Source of the DNA: Candidatus Lindowbacteria bacterium RIFCSPLOWO2_12_FULL_62_27
GTDB lineage: Bacteria; Lindowbacteria; 2-12-FULL-62-27
Reading direction: 5' to 3'
Length of the DNA: 64,000 bases
Assembly (NCBI GenBank): GCA_001784175.1
Contig: MFPR01000043.1
Span: 1 to 64,000 of the forward strand
Shown here in pieces: positions 20,177 through 30,149 of the stretch. The position numbers and the translations under genes were made by a program. Position 1 is the first letter of the stretch; each line of letters starts with the position of its first letter. The notes under the pieces were generated by a model that saw only the letters and a list, made by a program, of their open reading frames with translations, was not told where the DNA came from and made no database searches.

Positions 20177-22849
20177 TTAATAGGACGCGCTAATCACCGC
20201 CAGATTGTAAATCATGTGAGCGAGGAACGGTGCCAGGAGCAGCCTCGACTTTTCAAAAACGAACGCCGTCACAATTCCGAGACCAAAGACCGGCATCCAG
20301 GAATAGGGCGGATGCACGATGGTGAAGAGGCCCGCGCTTAACACAACCGCCCATGCCGGCCGCATCGTCCGGCGCAATCCCCGGTAGATGATGCCGCGGA
20401 AAATAAATTCCTCAAATACGGGAGCGGCGAAGACCGCCATTCCCCCAATCCAAGCCAGCATTTCGGGATCCATGGTTTTCGCTCCCGACAGCGCTTTCTC
20501 CTTGAGCAGCCGGAGAGGCTCAATCAAATCCGCCGCGTGGAGATAGGCCAGCCCCAGGACCGCCGCCAGAATTCCGCCGGCTATCCCCTGGGCGATCGTC
20601 ATTCCGACCCCGACGCCGGCGTGCTCCGGTGAAGACCGGAATCCCACTTTCTGAAAAAGATCCGGCACCTTTTGCCGCCAGAACACGAGCAGCGCGCCGA
20701 TGCCCACCACCATGCCGGCGACAACATACGCGATCAACATCAGCGGACCGGGAGCCAGCTCCCATCCCGACAATAAAATGACCGACAGGCCCTGGATCAC
20801 AAAAAATGCCTGCACCGCGATCATGCCGTCCGCCAGCGAAATGGACGGCGGCGGGGAATCCACAGGGTCGAGAAAATAAGGACAATGATCCCGGACTTTC
20901 TGCCAGAGCGCGAAAGCGAGCAGGAGGCTCAAGACAATCTGGGTGACCTTCACCCATATCGACGGATTGTAAATGGCGTGCGCGTACATCGCGGCCAGAA
21001 TCATGTACAGGTAAATCATCGACGGCCGGATCCGTTTCTGCTGTTCGCGTTCGAGCGGGTCGGTCGCCAGAATCCCGATCCCGGACGCGATGAAGGAATA
21101 AATCGCGACGCCCGCAACCGCGACGATGGCGTTGACCGCCGTTACTCCCGAATGGGCGCCCATGGCCAGCACCGCGGTCGCGTACACCAGCGCGATCAAA
21201 CACCAAAGATACGTTTTATCGCGAAGGATCACATCCAGAGGCCGCGGCACCGTATACAGCATCCAGAGCGCGCCGCTCTCGACTGAAAGCGCATGAAGGG
21301 CGCTGGACATCAAAACGAAGGCGCCCAGGCCAAAGGCGAGAAGCGCGGATCCCTGCACGCCCTCGGACGCCCCATGAAGAAAGTCGGGGTTGATGATCAG
21401 GTTATACCCCAGGATGATCAGAGGCACGACCAGGGTCTGCATGAGAAACGCCCGGTCCCGAAAAAGCAGCCGGATATCTTTTCCGACAACGCCGCTGAGG
21501 GTCCACCCCCTGGCCGGCCCCGCCGCCGAGGGAATCCTCCGCGCGCCTCGATAAGGCCCGCCGGCGCCTTTCAGACCGTCGCGAACGCACCACTGCGCCA
21601 GTCGAACCGTTGCGAATGTAAAGAGGACCGCGGTCAGCAGGACAGCCGCCCACAGCGAGCCGGGAGTTGACCCGGCCTCGGCAATCACGATCGGCAGGGA
21701 AAAGGGATTCCACAGAAACGCCGCCGGCGTGCGATCGGCGAGATCGATGAGAAACGACGCCGGCCCCGCCGTGATCTGCCACATGAGGGCCAAAAAGGCC
21801 GAGATGCCCAACAGCGAAAAAATGGCCTGAATATTTTTCAACCGGTTCGGCGGAAAATTCTTCCGCAGGCCGGTCTCCGTGATCAGATGCAGGCAGGCCA
21901 GAATCATCCCGTAATACGCGGCCAGCGCGCCGCCGATCGCGACGGACCAACCGCCATATCCGGCGCACGCGAAAATCGAAAAGAGGAATGGCCAGAACAC
22001 GATCCAGGTAAAGGGATTGACCAGCGCCAGTTCGATGACTTTTGACAGAAAGATCGTCCAGGCCGGAACCGGAAAGGTGAACAGCCATTCCAGGCTCCAT
22101 TCCACCCGCCCGAGATCCTGCGACATGCTGCCCACCATCATGAAATACATCGCGACGACCAGGTAAAGCAAAGCGATCGCCAGCGCGCGGATCATGGCGG
22201 ATTGATCCGGCGGAGTCGGCCAGACGGACTCGCTGGGAAAGAAGGTCGCGCGTTCGGTCACGACGCGAAATCCGGCGGAGCCTCTTTCCTCAAATGCCGC
22301 CATCATTTTTTCCACCTTCTCCGCCTGATCTTTCTTCGACACACTCGGATCGTCCACAAAATATTCAAAACTTTCCCTCAGGGATTGCAGAAAGGCATCT
22401 CGTCGCGGATCCCCGTTCTCTCCTTTTCTGATCTTTCTCCATTCTGCTTTTTTTTCCAGGATCGCCCGATACTGCCATTTCCCGACGGCGATGCGGGTAT
22501 CCGCGGCGCGGCCCTCCTCCGGACCCGCCGCGCGGCGCTCTTTCAATTCGGCGGACAGTTTCACGATCATTTGCATGGATATTCCGACGCCGTTGAGCGC
22601 GAACATCCCGAGCAGGAACGGAAACAGGATGAAGCTGACCATCCGCTTGCGGGGGGTTCCCGTTCGAGCTGCGGGAGGGTCGGATTTTTTCCGGCCGAAC
22701 TTCATCGAGAAAACCCCGGTGGCGCGGTTCAGGAATTTTCGGGCCGACAGCCGCGACGTGATCCAGATGACGCGAATCGCCCCGGGAGGCGGAGGCGCCG
22801 GCGTCATCCGGGAATCGGAACTACTGGGAATTCGCCGGGGAGGCGTCAC
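20177..22849 (-). CDS. ABC-type permease fused to CPBP (CAAX/Abi) intramembrane protease
   Basis: Multi-TM protein with C-terminal APVFEEFIFRG, F...H, AHMIYN motifs; exact start uncertain. Confidence 0.85.
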   Translation of the reverse strand: MTPPRRIPSSSDSRMTPAPPPPGAIRVIWITSRLSARKFLNRATGVFSMKFGRKKSDPPAARTGTPRKRMVSFILFPFLLGMFALNGVGISMQMIVKLSAELKERRAAGPEEGRAADTRIAVGKWQYRAILEKKAEWRKIRKGENGDPRRDAFLQSLRESFEYFVDDPSVSKKDQAEKVEKMMAAFEERGSAGFRVVTERATFFPSESVWPTPPDQSAMIRALAIALLYLVVAMYFMMVGSMSQDLGRVEWSLEWLFTFPVPAWTIFLSKVIELALVNPFTWIVFWPFLFSIFACAGYGGWSVAIGGALAAYYGMILACLHLITETGLRKNFPPNRLKNIQAIFSLLGISAFLALMWQITAGPASFLIDLADRTPAAFLWNPFSLPIVIAEAGSTPGSLWAAVLLTAVLFTFATVRLAQWCVRDGLKGAGGPYRGARRIPSAAGPARGWTLSGVVGKDIRLLFRDRAFLMQTLVVPLIILGYNLIINPDFLHGASEGVQGSALLAFGLGAFVLMSSALHALSVESGALWMLYTVPRPLDVILRDKTYLWCLIALVYATAVLAMGAHSGVTAVNAIVAVAGVAIYSFIASGIGILATDPLEREQQKRIRPSMIYLYMILAAMYAHAIYNPSIWVKVTQIVLSLLLAFALWQKVRDHCPYFLDPVDSPPPSISLADGMIAVQAFFVIQGLSVILLSGWELAPGPLMLIAYVVAGMVVGIGALLVFWRQKVPDLFQKVGFRSSPEHAGVGVGMTIAQGIAGGILAAVLGLAYLHAADLIEPLRLLKEKALSGAKTMDPEMLAWIGGMAVFAAPVFEEFIFRGIIYRGLRRTMRPAWAVVLSAGLFTIVHPPYSWMPVFGLGIVTAFVFEKSRLLLAPFLAHMIYNLAVISASY

Positions 22850-23579
22850 CCGTCACGGAAAAAAAGATCTCTTCCAGGGAGCTGTCGTGGGACAGGTTCG
22901 ACCTGAGTTCCGACAGCGTCCCCGCCGCCGCCAGACGGCCTTTCGCGATGATGCCGGCCCGCGTGCAGAGCCGCTCGGCCTGATCCAGAAGATGCGTGCT
23001 GAAAAAAACCGTCCGGCCGTCCGCGATTTTTTCGCGCATCAAATCGTGCAAGGCGCGCGTCGCGTAGGGGTCCAGGCCGTTGGTCGGCTCGTCCAAAATG
23101 AGGACCATCGGATCGTGCAGAAGAGCGCAGATCAGGGCGAGCTTCTTTTTCATTCCGCGCGAGTAATTGACCGCGTACTCCTCCAGGGCGTCCATCATGT
23201 CGAGGCGCTCGCAGAGCGGGCCGCCGCGGGACTCGATCGATTCCCGGTCCAGGCCGTGCATTTCGCCCACGAACAGCAGAATTTCACGGCCGCGCAAGTA
23301 ATCGTAAAAGACCGGTTCATCCGGCAGGTATCCCACCCGGCGCTTGACTTCGACCCGATCGCGGAAACAATCGAATCCGTCGACGGTCGCGGCGCCCGCG
23401 GTCGGCTGAAGAATGCCCATCATCATGAGAATCGTCGTGGTCTTGCCGGCGCCGTTGGGCCCGAGAAGCGCAAAAAGCTCGCCGGGACTGACCTGGAGAT
23501 GCAGATCGACCACAGCGTCGAAATCGCCGTAGCGCTTCGAAAGGCCCCGGATGTCCACAAGCGGCGATGCGCCGGCCAT
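22821..23579 (-). CDS. ABC transporter ATP-binding protein
   Basis: GPNGAGKTT, YSRGMKKK, LILDEPTNGLDP, STH. Confidence 0.95.
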   Translation of the reverse strand: MAGASPLVDIRGLSKRYGDFDAVVDLHLQVSPGELFALLGPNGAGKTTTILMMMGILQPTAGAATVDGFDCFRDRVEVKRRVGYLPDEPVFYDYLRGREILLFVGEMHGLDRESIESRGGPLCERLDMMDALEEYAVNYSRGMKKKLALICALLHDPMVLILDEPTNGLDPYATRALHDLMREKIADGRTVFFSTHLLDQAERLCTRAGIIAKGRLAAAGTLSELRSNLSHDSSLEEIFFSVTGDASPANSQ

Positions 23580-23881
23580 GAGGGAGAGGTCGCCTTAGAC
23601 TTTCAGGAGCGCCCTGGCTTCTTGAGCGACGTGTTCCGCCATGAACCCGAACGGAAAACTGACCACCCGATACCGAATCCCCTCCGACCGCAATTTCTCG
23701 TGTGCCTCCAGACAAAACTGATAGGGAATTTCATATTCAGCCGTAGCCTCCACAACGCAAATATAACGCGAAACAGGGCGGGATGCAACGATTTTGACAC
23801 CGCTGCCCGCGACCGGGGGTCATCGGACCGGGGGTCATTCCGTAGCATTGTAACACGGGACCAGATAAACGAACGGACTAT

Positions 23882-24175
23882 TCAGATCGCGTGCAATTCG
23901 CGCTTGATGCATTCGCCGAGCAAATGACGGATGAACGTCTGATAGGGCATCGATTTCATGGTGGCGATTTTTCGGATCGCCTGGATTTGCACGGGGTCGA
24001 GCTTGATGGAGAGGTTCTGAAGACGTCGCCGGCGTTTGCCGGAACGGATGTCTTTTTTCAGCTCCTCCGTCAGAGAAAATTCCACCGGCTCATCCGAGAG
24101 GTCGTCCAGAGTGTGCCGCCGCCGATCGTAATATTCGGCCAACATCTGCCTGTTTCGCGCTTCCTTGTCCGGCAT
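23882..24175 (-). CDS. BrnA/CopG-like antitoxin
   Basis: LSIKLD..IRKIA..KSMPYQTFIRHLL RHH-type C-terminus; downstream of the BrnT-like gene. Confidence 0.8.
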   Translation of the reverse strand: MPDKEARNRQMLAEYYDRRRHTLDDLSDEPVEFSLTEELKKDIRSGKRRRRLQNLSIKLDPVQIQAIRKIATMKSMPYQTFIRHLLGECIKRELHAI

Positions 24176-24178
24176 GGT

Positions 24179-24463
24179 CTATCTTCCTTTCATTTTTCTG
24201 CAATAGCCCGCTTCCGCCGAGTCCATGTCCCATCCTGTGATGGGTCTTGCCAACTGTTTGGGCTTCATTTCGAATACGATCACCAGCAATCGGCCGGCCG
24301 ATGTCCTGCCGAACGCCTTGTAATGCCCCTTCTTCGTCCTGCGCACATGGGGATCACCGGCAAGCACATCCTCCGCCTCTTCGGGACGTATGCCGTGATT
24401 CAATTCCAAATGCAGGACATTCCCCGCATCCCATTCAATGTCCCCAATACGCAGGCCGGCCAT
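24179..24463 (-). CDS. BrnT family toxin
   Basis: EWDAGN..HGI..EEAEDV..GRT..GRLLVIVF..RPIT pattern. Confidence 0.85.
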   Translation of the reverse strand: MAGLRIGDIEWDAGNVLHLELNHGIRPEEAEDVLAGDPHVRRTKKGHYKAFGRTSAGRLLVIVFEMKPKQLARPITGWDMDSAEAGYCRKMKGR

Positions 24464-24472
24464 CTGAGTAAT

Positions 24473-24501
24473 ACATTACATTACCGCTCGTTCCTTGTCA
24501 A
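24473..24501 (-). promoter_or_regulatory. Sigma70-type promoter of brnTA
   Basis: TTGACA-17-TAATGT, 9 nt before ATG; a GTAAT..ATTAC inverted repeat overlaps the -10. Confidence 0.65.
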
Positions 24502-24550
24502 ATCACCGGCAAAACACGGTCGGGCAGCACAGGGACATGGCCGCGATTTC

Positions 24551-24579
24551 TTGACATTCACCACCCGGCGGTCTAAACT
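24551..24579 (+). promoter_or_regulatory. Sigma70-type promoter of TPR-dxr-rseP
   Basis: TTGACA-17-TAAACT, 8 nt before ATG 24588. Confidence 0.7.
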
Positions 24580-24587
24580 GCCGGCAG

Positions 24588-25616
24588 ATGAAGAATTCCA
24601 AAAATCTGCAGGACGCGTTGGATCAGGAGCGCCGCATCGCGGAGCACTGTTTTGTCCGCGGGGACGCGCGCCGGGCCCTGCCGCATTTCCGCCGGGCGCT
24701 TTTGGTCGAGCCCGACTCGGACAGGATAGAGATGCGGGTGGCCCAGTGCCTTGACCGGCTTGGGAAGTTGGACGAGTCCTACGCGGCGTTCCGCGCGCTG
24801 GTCGAGCGCGGCGTAGGCCGGTGCGAGGAGCCGCTTCGGCGGGAGATCCTGCAGGCCTTCACGAATCTCTGCCATCGGCTCAACCGGGACCCGGAGGTCA
24901 TCGAGTGCCTTTCTCCGCATCTCCCGCTCCTCGAGCAAACGCCGCCCCTCTATTACAATCTTGGGCTGGCCTTTTACAAATGCAACCGTTTGGAAGAGTC
25001 GAAGGAATGTTTTGAACGGATCAAGGCCATTCATGCCAACCATTCCGCCGGTTACATCGGGCTGGCGGTTCTCTATTGTCATTTCGGCCATCTGGAATCC
25101 GCGATCCAGGAGCTTCAGGCGGCCCGCGCCGCCGCGCCGAACGACGTGCAGGTCGTGGAGAATCTGGCCGTGGTGCAGATGAAAATCGGAAACCCGCTGG
25201 CCGCCGTGACGACGCTCCGAAGCGCCCTCTCGAAGGGCGGCGGGTTTCACAGCCCCAAGTTCTATCACCTCCTCGGCGTCGCTCATCTGCGGCTGGGGGA
25301 GCTGGCCCGGGCCGAAGGGTATCTTCAGAAAAGTCTGGCCATCGAGCGGACGAGCGAGGCGCTGCGGGAGATGGGCTGGCTTCAGATCACCCGCGGGAAT
25401 TTCGACGGGAGCATCGCATACCTCAAGGACGCCCTGGCGCTGAACCCGAACGACGTCTGGGCCAAGCTGGATCTTGCCATCGCCTATTTCAAGCAGGGGA
25501 TCACGATGGACGCCCAGGTCCTCTTCAACGAGGCCCGGGCGGTTTCGCCCACGCCGGAAGTCACCCGACTGCTCGACGACCTCGCCCGGGCCATCGAAAC
25601 CGCGCCGAGACCGTAG
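24588..25616 (+). CDS. Tetratricopeptide repeat protein
   Basis: Repeated YYNLGLAFY/LAVLY/LGVAHL helical pairs. Confidence 0.9.
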   Translation: MKNSKNLQDALDQERRIAEHCFVRGDARRALPHFRRALLVEPDSDRIEMRVAQCLDRLGKLDESYAAFRALVERGVGRCEEPLRREILQAFTNLCHRLNRDPEVIECLSPHLPLLEQTPPLYYNLGLAFYKCNRLEESKECFERIKAIHANHSAGYIGLAVLYCHFGHLESAIQELQAARAAAPNDVQVVENLAVVQMKIGNPLAAVTTLRSALSKGGGFHSPKFYHLLGVAHLRLGELARAEGYLQKSLAIERTSEALREMGWLQITRGNFDGSIAYLKDALALNPNDVWAKLDLAIAYFKQGITMDAQVLFNEARAVSPTPEVTRLLDDLARAIETAPRP

Positions 25617-25626
25617 CGCGGCCGGC

Positions 25627-26790
25627 ATGAGGAACGTCGCAATTTTCGGCTGCACCGGGTCGATCGGCCGGTCGGCTCTCTCGGTGATCAGGCGGTTTCC
25701 GGACCGTTTGCGGGTCCATACGCTGGCGGCGCGCGGCCGGCGGCTTCGAACGCTCCTCGATCAGGTCCGAAAATTTCGTCCAAAATATTTGATCGTGACC
25801 GATGAGTCCCGCGCGGCGGCCCTCAACGGACATGTGCCGGGCGGAACGCGGCTGCTGAGAGGCATGCGCGCGCTGACCGATGTCCTGGAGGACTCGCGGC
25901 CGGACGTTCTCCTGCACGGCGTCGTGGGCGCGGCGGGCCTGCCGTCGGCGCTCGCCGCCGCCAAAAGCGGCGTCACGCTGGCCATTGCCAACAAGGAATC
26001 GCTGGTCTGCGCCGGCGGGTTTCTCCGGCGCGCCGCCCAAAAAAGCGGCGCCCGGCTTTTGCCGGTCGACAGCGAACACAACGCGATTTTCCAGGTCATG
26101 GCCGGGGAAAGGCCCGACAGCGTCCGGAAAATTCTCCTCACCGCGTCCGGTGGGCCGTTCTTCAGGCGCGCCGGCGCCTTTTCGCGAATCACGCCGCGGG
26201 AAGCGCTCCGGCATCCGAACTGGAAGATGGGTCCCAAAATCACGGTGGATTCCGCCACGCTGATGAACAAGGCCCTCGAGATTATCGAAGCGAAATTTCT
26301 GTTTGACGCGCCGGCCGACAGGATCGGCGTTGTCATTCACCCCGAATCGATCGTTCATTCGATGGTCGAGTTCGTCGACGGCAGCGTCAAGATGCAGGCC
26401 GCGGTGCCGGACATGCGGCTGCCGATCCAGTATGCGCTTTTCTATCCCGACCGGATGGCGTCCTGCGTGCAGCGTCTGGATCTCGCGCGGGTCGGCCGGC
26501 TCACCTTTTACGAGCCGGACCGCCGCCGGTTTCCGTCTCTGGCGTTCGCGTACCGCGCCCTGGAGCTGGGCGGGTCGGCGCCGGCGGTGATGTCGGCGGC
26601 CAACGAGATCGCCGTCACCGCGTTTTTGGAAGGCCGGATCCGGTTCGACCGGATATTCGACGTCGTCCGGCGCACGCTCGATCTGACAAAGTCCTTTCGG
26701 GCGTCCGCCATCGAGGACATTCTGGAGGCCGACCGCCTGACGCGCCTTCGGGCGACGGCGCTGGCCGGCAAACTCTCATGTACATCCTGA
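25627..26790 (+). CDS. dxr: 1-deoxy-D-xylulose-5-phosphate reductoisomerase
   Basis: GCTGSIG, ANKESLV, LPVDSEHNAIFQ, HPNWKMGPKITVDSATLMNK. Confidence 0.98.
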   Translation: MRNVAIFGCTGSIGRSALSVIRRFPDRLRVHTLAARGRRLRTLLDQVRKFRPKYLIVTDESRAAALNGHVPGGTRLLRGMRALTDVLEDSRPDVLLHGVVGAAGLPSALAAAKSGVTLAIANKESLVCAGGFLRRAAQKSGARLLPVDSEHNAIFQVMAGERPDSVRKILLTASGGPFFRRAGAFSRITPREALRHPNWKMGPKITVDSATLMNKALEIIEAKFLFDAPADRIGVVIHPESIVHSMVEFVDGSVKMQAAVPDMRLPIQYALFYPDRMASCVQRLDLARVGRLTFYEPDRRRFPSLAFAYRALELGGSAPAVMSAANEIAVTAFLEGRIRFDRIFDVVRRTLDLTKSFRASAIEDILEADRLTRLRATALAGKLSCTS

Positions 26791-28130
26791 TCGGCTCTCT
26801 TCTCGTCCTCGGCATTGCCGTGCTGGTTCACGAGTTCGGCCATTTTGTCGTGGCGCGCAGAAACGGCGTCCGGGTGGAGGAATTCTGCATCGGCTTTCCG
26901 CCGAGAATTTTCAAATTCAAAAAGGGCGTGACCCAGTACAGCATCGGCATCATTCCGGTCGGCGGATTCGTCAAAATGGCCGGCGAGGACCCGGAATCGC
27001 TCAGCGGCGCGCCGGACGAGTTTTTCTCGAAGTCCATTCCGGTCCGCATCCGGATCGCGCTGGCGGGCCCGTTCGGCAATTTCGTCTGCGCCTATTTCTG
27101 CGTGCTCATCTATCTCTGGACCGGGGGGGTCCAGGAGGCGCTGCACGCGCCGGTGTTCGGCACGCCCACCGACACGGAGGCCTACCGGTCGGCGGGCATC
27201 GAGGTGGGGGACAGGCTCGTGGCGGTGCGCGGAAAAACGCCGGAAACATTTTCGGAAGCGTTCGAGATTCTCCAAGCCGGCGACACCTGGCCGGCGGATA
27301 TTGCCCTGGAACGCGGCGAGTCAAGGCTCGACCTTCAACTCGACTCCGAGCAGGCCCAACGGCTGTCGGAAGGCGCGTTTCCGAAGATCGATCTTGTCGT
27401 GTCCCGGGTCATGCCGGGAAGCCCGGCCGCCCGGGCCGGGCTGGAGAGCGGGGACCGGATTCACGAAATCGACGGGGGGCCGGTGGACGAGTGGCAGGAA
27501 CTGCAGAAAATCGTGTCGGCAAAGGGCGGCGAAACGGTGACCCTCGCCTTTTCAAGAGGGAACGACCGCCACTCCATAACGCTCATCCCGCAGATTCAGA
27601 GCCAGCAGACCGAAAACGGCGAGATGGAAAAAGTCGGCCGGATCGGAATCCAGAATGCCGTTGCCTCGCGGTCCCACGCCTACGGCTTCTGGGAGGGTCT
27701 CTGGGTCGCGTTGAAGATGCTGTTCGGGTTCATCACCCTTTTTCTGGACGTCCTCTGGCGGCTCCTGACCGGCGGCCTCTCGGTGAAACTCCTCGGCGGC
27801 CCCGTCGGAATCGCGCAGTACGCGGGGGAAAGCCTGCGGCAGGGCTCGCACCAGTTTCTGATGTTCCTCGGCGTGATCAACGCCAATTTGGGATTTGTGA
27901 ATCTCATCCCGTTCTTCCTCATCACCGACGGCGGACTCATCTTCCTCTTCCTCATCGAGGCCGTCCGTCGCCGGCGGATGTCGATCCGGGGACTGGAGCG
28001 GTGGCACAAGCTCGGCTGGGCGATGGTCCTCACCCTGCTGGTGATGGCCACCTACAACGACCTGATGATCCGCCTGGAGCTGGGCGAGAAGGTTTCGCGG
28101 GGGTTCGATGCGCTGCGGCGGCTGTTCTGA
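26778..28130 (+). CDS. rseP: RIP metalloprotease RseP
   Basis: HEFGH, GGFVKM, AGPFGN, PDZ domains, NLIP..DGG; follows dxr. Confidence 0.96.
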   Translation: MYILIGSLLVLGIAVLVHEFGHFVVARRNGVRVEEFCIGFPPRIFKFKKGVTQYSIGIIPVGGFVKMAGEDPESLSGAPDEFFSKSIPVRIRIALAGPFGNFVCAYFCVLIYLWTGGVQEALHAPVFGTPTDTEAYRSAGIEVGDRLVAVRGKTPETFSEAFEILQAGDTWPADIALERGESRLDLQLDSEQAQRLSEGAFPKIDLVVSRVMPGSPAARAGLESGDRIHEIDGGPVDEWQELQKIVSAKGGETVTLAFSRGNDRHSITLIPQIQSQQTENGEMEKVGRIGIQNAVASRSHAYGFWEGLWVALKMLFGFITLFLDVLWRLLTGGLSVKLLGGPVGIAQYAGESLRQGSHQFLMFLGVINANLGFVNLIPFFLITDGGLIFLFLIEAVRRRRMSIRGLERWHKLGWAMVLTLLVMATYNDLMIRLELGEKVSRGFDALRRLF

Positions 28131-28145
28131 CCGCCGCCGGTAAAG

Positions 28146-28197
28146 TGATATCATGATATCATGATAGCTATCATGATATCATGATATCATGATATCA
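28146..28197. repeat. Tandem array of the palindromic octamer TGATATCA
   Basis: (TGATATCA)2-TGATAGCTATCA-(TGATATCA)3 between rseP and proS. Confidence 0.95.
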
Positions 28198-28241
28198 GTT
28201 TGGGGTTGGAGGCTTGAAAAGTCCGTGAAGGCGTGCGTGCG

Positions 28242-29501
28242 ATGAGGGCGTCGGTCCTGCTGGCGCCCACGCTCAAGGAGGTGCCGCGCGAGGCGGAGGC
28301 GGTCAGCCACCGGCTGCTCCTTCGCGCCGGATTCATCCGGCCTCTCGCGTCCGGCATCTATCTCTTTCTCCCGCTGGGCCTGCGGGTCCTTCGGAAGATC
28401 GAGACGATCGTGCGCGAGGAGATGGACCGCGCCGGGGCCCAGGAACTGCTCCTGGCGGCGCTCCATCCGCGGGAACTGTGGGAGGCGACCGGCCGCTGGG
28501 CCTCCTACGGGGACGACATGATGAAACTGCGGGACCGGACCGGCCGCGAGTTCGGGCTGGGTCCGACGCACGAGGAGGTCATCACCCAGCTCGCCGCGCA
28601 GGAGATTCACTCCTACCAGGACCTGCCCAAGGCGCTCTATCAGATTCAGGTCAAATTCCGGGACGAGCCCCGGCCGCGATTCGGGCTTCTCCGATGCAAG
28701 GAATTCATCATGAAGGATTGCTACAGTTTTCACGCGACCCGGGAAGACGCCGAGAAAACGTACGAGCGGATGCTCGCCGCCTACAAAACCGTCTTCACGC
28801 GCGTCGGGATCCGGTTCATCCCGGTCCGGGCCGATCCCGGACTGATCGGCGGCAACCTGTCGCACGAATTCATCATGCCGGCCGAAAGCGGCGAGGACAC
28901 GCTGATTCATTGTCCGTCCTGCGGCCACGCCGCGAGCCTCGAAGGCGCCGAGGGCGCCGCGCCCTCATCGAGCTGTCCCGCGTGCCACAAGGAGGCGTCG
29001 CTGGTTCGGGGCATGGAGATCGGCCACATCTTTTTTCTCGGCACGAAATACAGCGCCAAACTCAACGCGCAGTTTCTGGACGCCGACGGCGTCCGCAAGC
29101 CCATCGAGATGGGCTGTTACGGCATTGGCGTATCGCGGCTGATTTCGGCGGTGGTCGAAAGCAGCCATGACGACAAAGGCATGATCTGGCCCAAGTCGGT
29201 GGCGCCGTACCGCGTTCATCTGATCGTGACCACGATGGACAAGCCCGACGTGGTGGCCGCCGCCGAACGCGCCTATGCGGACCTTTCGGCCGCGCTGAAC
29301 GGCGACTGCCTGATCGACGACCGCGACTGCCGGGCGGGCGTCAAGTTTCACGACGCGGATCTTCTGGGCATTCCCGTGCGGCTTGTCTTCGGCCGCGGCG
29401 TGGCCGAAGGGAACGTGGAACTTCAGGAGCGGGCCACGGGTCAAAGCCGGTCCATTCCCTTGAAACAGGCGGCGGACGAGGTTAAATCTCTGCTTGCATG
29501 A
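28242..29501 (+). CDS. proS: Proline--tRNA ligase, short form
   Basis: SHRLLLRAGFIR, LGPTHEE, KFRDEPRPRFGL, EIGHIFFLGTKYS, MGCYGIGVSR. Confidence 0.97.
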   Translation: MRASVLLAPTLKEVPREAEAVSHRLLLRAGFIRPLASGIYLFLPLGLRVLRKIETIVREEMDRAGAQELLLAALHPRELWEATGRWASYGDDMMKLRDRTGREFGLGPTHEEVITQLAAQEIHSYQDLPKALYQIQVKFRDEPRPRFGLLRCKEFIMKDCYSFHATREDAEKTYERMLAAYKTVFTRVGIRFIPVRADPGLIGGNLSHEFIMPAESGEDTLIHCPSCGHAASLEGAEGAAPSSSCPACHKEASLVRGMEIGHIFFLGTKYSAKLNAQFLDADGVRKPIEMGCYGIGVSRLISAVVESSHDDKGMIWPKSVAPYRVHLIVTTMDKPDVVAAAERAYADLSAALNGDCLIDDRDCRAGVKFHDADLLGIPVRLVFGRGVAEGNVELQERATGQSRSIPLKQAADEVKSLLA

Positions 29502-30145
29502 AAAACGGCAAGGCACGCATGTCGAGAAGGAAATTCCTGGCCAAAGGCGGGATCGCGGCCATGGCGGCCATGGCGGCCATGGCGTCTGAGTCCAAGGCCG
29601 CCCGCGCGCCCAAAAAGAAAACACCCGCGCCTCCCCCGCCTCCTGAAAAACCCCCGGAGGAGCCGCCGGTCACACTGACGGCGGTGGAATTGAATCTGAC
29701 CGTCAACGGCAAAAAAATTTCGCGCACCGTTCCCGCCGGCCGGACGCTGGCGGAATTTCTCAAGGAAGATCTCGGTTACGCCGGCGTCAAAATCGGTTGC
29801 GGTCACGCCGAGTGCGGGGCCTGCACCGTCCTCGTCAACCTTCAGCCCGTCTACAGTTGCCGGTATCTGGCGGTGCTCGCGGACCAGGGCGTGGTCGAAA
29901 CCATCGAGGGCGTCGCCCCGGCCGGGGCCGACCTGCACCCGATACAAAAAGCCTTCATGGAGCATGACGCGCTCCAGTGCGGGTTCTGCACGCCGGGCAT
30001 GATCTGCGCCGCCAAGTCGCTCATCGCAAAAAATCCCAAGGCCGAGGACGAGGACATCCGCGAGGGCCTCGCCGGCAACCTGTGCCGGTGCGGCGCCTAC
30101 CAGAACATCCTGGCCGCGGTCCGTTCCGTGAGCCGGGCGTCGTAG
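29498..30145 (+). CDS. 2x[2Fe-2S] subunit of a xanthine-oxidase-family molybdoenzyme with Tat signal (PaoA/YagT-like)
   Basis: SRRKFL twin-arginine leader; GCGHAECGACTV..SC, QCGFCTPG, GNLCRCG. Confidence 0.92.
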   Translation: MKNGKARMSRRKFLAKGGIAAMAAMAAMASESKAARAPKKKTPAPPPPPEKPPEEPPVTLTAVELNLTVNGKKISRTVPAGRTLAEFLKEDLGYAGVKIGCGHAECGACTVLVNLQPVYSCRYLAVLADQGVVETIEGVAPAGADLHPIQKAFMEHDALQCGFCTPGMICAAKSLIAKNPKAEDEDIREGLAGNLCRCGAYQNILAAVRSVSRAS

Positions 30146-30149
30146 CCCG

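Noticed and set aside
23603-23848. 81-aa minus ORF from the track
   Set aside because: No RBS or motif; another frame looks more protein-like.
29555-29583. (GCGGCCATG)3 tandem in the Tat leader, and ADTPV repeats at ~60700-60800
   Set aside because: In-frame low-complexity repeats; no frameshift potential.
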